Source: Gonapodya sp. JEL0774
Lineage: Eukaryota
Length of the DNA stretch: 64,000 nt
NCBI GenBank assembly: GCA_027604505.1
Contig: JADIIX010000113.1
Coordinates: forward strand, 1 to 64,000
Direction: 5' to 3'
The notes beneath the pieces are model-generated. The model ran no database searches, had not been told where the DNA came from, and worked only from the letters and a program-made list of their open reading frames with translations. Positions 60,545 through 64,000 of this stretch are shown here, in pieces (position 1 is the first letter of the stretch; the number at the start of each line of letters is the position of its first letter). A program made the position numbers and the translations under genes.

Positions 60545-60921
60545 GCTGAGAATGTAGTGCTTGATGTGATGTTTGGGGGAAGTTGACGATGTGTTACTTA
60601 TTATTACATTGCGGGTTTGTGTATGTATCCCATTATGAACCCTGCTCCTGCGGTCAACAGGTATCGGGATTCGGTATTCGGTTGGATATCCATTCCGCGC
60701 CACCCAGCGTTCTGTAATTGCTCCGGTGCAAAAAAAACTAACCTATGAAATTTGTGCGCAGTTGGCGGGTTTGGATGCGTTTAGATCCGTACTTTTATCG
60801 CCACTTCCCCGCATATCCTGGTTCCTTCATTTTCAGGCATCGCTTCACCGCTTCCGCGACCAATCACAACAATCAAGCAACTTCACCCCATCAATATTCT
60901 TTTCCTTCAAAATCACTCACC

Positions 60922-62543
60922 ATGGGATCATCTTGGAAGCGTTTGATTCGTTTCGAAGCGGCTGAAGGTAGAGCTGCTCGTTGACTGTGCATTCACTGCC
61001 CATCAACCGGCTCATGATCCCTCTGCGCCCTCTCACCCATCGGAGGTGGAATCCACTACGGCGAGCCCACACCATCTTCTCTCGGGTCTGATGGATCTCT
61101 CAACGCGTCTGGGACGATCACTGCAACGGAAGTTTTGGGGGGCCCATACGAGGGTAAAGTGGGCACAAGGGTCTTGACTGTGAAGCAGGTGAGTCCATTT
61201 TTTAAGAAAGAGACACGTCCACTGTGGGAGGGACTAAGAGGCGGTGATATGTTGATTGAAGAGTGAGGGAATGTGGAAGGAACGACCCTGTGTACGATAT
61301 TAACAGATAATCCATCGGTCGTTTCCCTCAACCATCACCCCTGATGTCTGCACCACAAAGTTGCTCGGTCCCCTGGAATCGACTCCGGCTCTGGCCTGCA
61401 TCGGCCTCAACTACAAACTCCACGCGGCGGAGGGTGGTGTGAGTTTGCCCCCTTTCCTTGGAAACCTCATTACCTCACCCAACTCTCCCCTTTGAAGAAC
61501 AAAATCCCGGACAATCCGGTTCTCTTCCACAAATACACGTCGGCACTCACCGGACCCGGCACAATTGAACTGATGTCTTCACTCATAGGACAGATGGATT
61601 ACGAGGCGGAGGTGAGCGTAGCAGGACGGATATTCTCAGAACCCGTGATGGACTTCTGGTGTGAACGGTCGTGTTTCCGTAGCTCGTTGCTATAATCGGC
61701 AAGGCTGGTAAAAACATTCCCAAGGAAAAGGTAATTTTCACTTTTCCAAGCTGTTATCTGTTTCAACATTCAAAAACCTGCACTGTCTCCGGTTTTGCAC
61801 TGTCTCCATTTCTGAATTTATCCACTGATCCGCCTTCCTCCAAGGCTCTTGACCATGTTCTGGGATACACTTGCGGGAACGACCTTTCGGCACGAAAGTG
61901 GCAACGTGCATGGTGAGATGTTTGATGCTGCTTCTGTCCTCTATTCTTTTCTCTCAACGCTTTTACCACGTCACTCGCCTCCCAGTGGTGGCCAATACGC
62001 CTTTGGAAAGGGAATGGACAACCTCGCCCCTATCGGGCCTCAAATCGTCGCCGCGTCAGAAATTCCGGATCCACAAGCTTTGAGGCTGAGATGTGTTTTG
62101 AATGGGAATGTCATGGTGAGTTGGGAGGTGGTGTGGGATGTTGTCTTGGTGTGTTTTGAGGCGCGTTCTGACGATTTGGTGGTGTTTTGGTATCTTATAT
62201 CCGACTTGCGTGTCGTAGCAAAATGAAACCACAGGCGACATGATCTTCACAGTTGCTGAAATTGTGTCGTTCCTGAGCACAGGTGAGTCTGACCTCCTCC
62301 TCACACTTTCACCCACCACTCACAACCCTCTCCCACTTCATGCCAACTACAGGCACCACACTTTATCCCGGTACGGTCATCATGACGGGGACTCCTAGCG
62401 GTGTAGGCTACCCCCGCAAACCTCCTGTTTTCCTGAAGCAAGACGACGTCTGTAAGATCGAGATTGATGGCATTGGGGCGCTGGAAAACAAAATAATTTA
62501 CAAGGAGGCGGTGTACGAAGTTGGTGGCTCCAAAGCAAAATAG
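60922..62543 (+). CDS. Fumarylacetoacetate (FAA) hydrolase family protein (FAHD-like), spliced
   Basis: [80 protein letters not shown]. Confidence 0.92.
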
Positions 62544-63251
62544 AATTCTTGGTATAGTATTTACAATTAAAGCAATTATCTTGCGAAATGAAGAGAACGA
62601 GGAAGTGAAGGGAAGGGGGAGTCGGGGGAGATGGGCCCCGTCTAAATATGAACACTCACTGTCGCGCACGATCACTAACCAAGAATAGAACCAGATTTGC
62701 AGCTCGTCGCGACGTGTAAATTCGTCAAGTTTACAGCAGTTTGCTGTCGGTCGTTGGAAGTTCTTATACGTATCCGATTCATCAATAAGGAGTAAACATA
62801 GTTCCAGTCTTTAATGCATGGTAACCTGATGATGTTCGCTTTGGGAAGGCGCTCACGCTATTCCCTGCACGTCCTTCCCGGTTGGACATGAAGTTCGAGC
62901 TAACAGAATATCCGAGTAGCTTTCATTTGAAGCAATCCCATGCCTCTAGCTCTTATGTATGCCGAAATATGAAAACATGATTGTATAAGACAGATATACT
63001 AGGAGAGGAAGCCATAAGCAACAACGGGAATTATGCTGTCCCACCGTTGCCTGGACGCCGGTAGGTCCCGGTCCTGCATGCGTCCAGCAAGTAATTCCAA
63101 ATAATTGATAAGAAGAATCCAGAGGTTCCCAGTGCAAGCGGTCCGAGAGAGTGTGGGGGACCTCTCAGAGTTGAAAAGATCAAAAGCTTGAAGTGCATAC
63201 CAGTGCCTCCCACATTTAACTTCCTATGGTGCGGTACACTTGACAATAACC

Positions 63252-64000
63252 ATGCAGAAGCGAAGAAGAAACTCCCCCTCCTCGTCTGATGACAATGAAG
63301 ACGCTGTCCATCAAACTTCAGCACCGAAGAATATCCGGAGAGTGAGGAAAGGTGAGACGTGATTGGTGGTGCACCTCCCGAACTAGGTTCCTCAACCTGC
63401 TTTTTGTGGGGTCCAAAAGCGTGCGATTACTGTAGAAGGGAGCATCAACGATGTGATGGAATCGAACCTACTTGTGGGAGATGTAGGAAAAAAGGTCTCG
63501 TGTGTGCTTGGGGTATGTCCTCGTTTTTTGTCCCCCATCCTCACCCCATCAGCCCAACCGACTCAGCTTATCTTTTTCACCTCCCCGGATCACAACCTCT
63601 CCGATATCTCGCATTTCAAATCGCAGGATGTGAGCGGCGGCAGAATGGCCCCAGAAAAGGATGGATAGAAGACCTTCGTACCCGTGTGGAATCGCTGGAA
63701 GCTCGACTGCTCGAAACAGTCATCTTGGAAGTCCCCTCGCACTCGGCCGCTATACTGTCTCGGCTTACTGAAGAAGACATCAGAGTTGGAACGAGAATGG
63801 GAAACGGTCCCAGGAACTATATTGACGATTCTCTCTCACGCCTACACGCCACCCTGGAAAGTTTTGCGGCGGTTTTGGAACATCGGAGACAATATTCGGC
63901 GTCGAAAGCGGCTTCGGAATGTCCACCGAACGTGCCGTTGGAGTACAGTACGCGTGACGATGAGGAACCTGAACATGTGACACCAGTCGTCCATTCACAT
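63252..64000 (+). CDS. 5' part of a hypothetical spliced gene, truncated by the window end
   Basis: ATG exon MQKRRRNSPSSSDDNEDAV..RVRK followed by a gtgag donor; further open frames downstream. Confidence 0.35.

Overview
Eukaryotic, intron-rich fungal genomic DNA with about 20 spliced genes; I found no rRNA, tRNA, CRISPR array or intact transposon. CHS7 and a fused LEU1 mark it as fungal. A WDR34-like dynein-2 intermediate chain and an Abi-like (SCAR/WAVE complex) gene point to a zoosporic, early-diverging fungus (chytrid/Monoblepharidomycota type; inference). Recognisable genes: PI-PLC, Abi, GT25-like glycosyltransferase, MDR oxidoreductase, LEU1, prolyl oligopeptidase, F-box/WD40, NmrA-like, SUA5, DHA1 MFS transporter, WDR34, DUF4291, a degenerate CDC48-like AAA protein, CHS7, a quercetinase-like bicupin and an FAA hydrolase. 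The most striking signal is a family of three genes built from tandem copies of a ~170-200 aa ankyrin-derived module with long conserved Trp-rich insertions, each followed by an SH3 domain. Two members form a head-to-head pair about 144 bp apart (53.6-59.1 kb); the third (5.7-8.4 kb) also carries a non-RD TKL kinase. A GC-rich block (21.6-28.1 kb) shows G/C skew phased with exon-intron structure, and two LEU1 introns are filled with hairpins. All calls come from manual motif recognition, with no database search, and splice boundaries are inferred.
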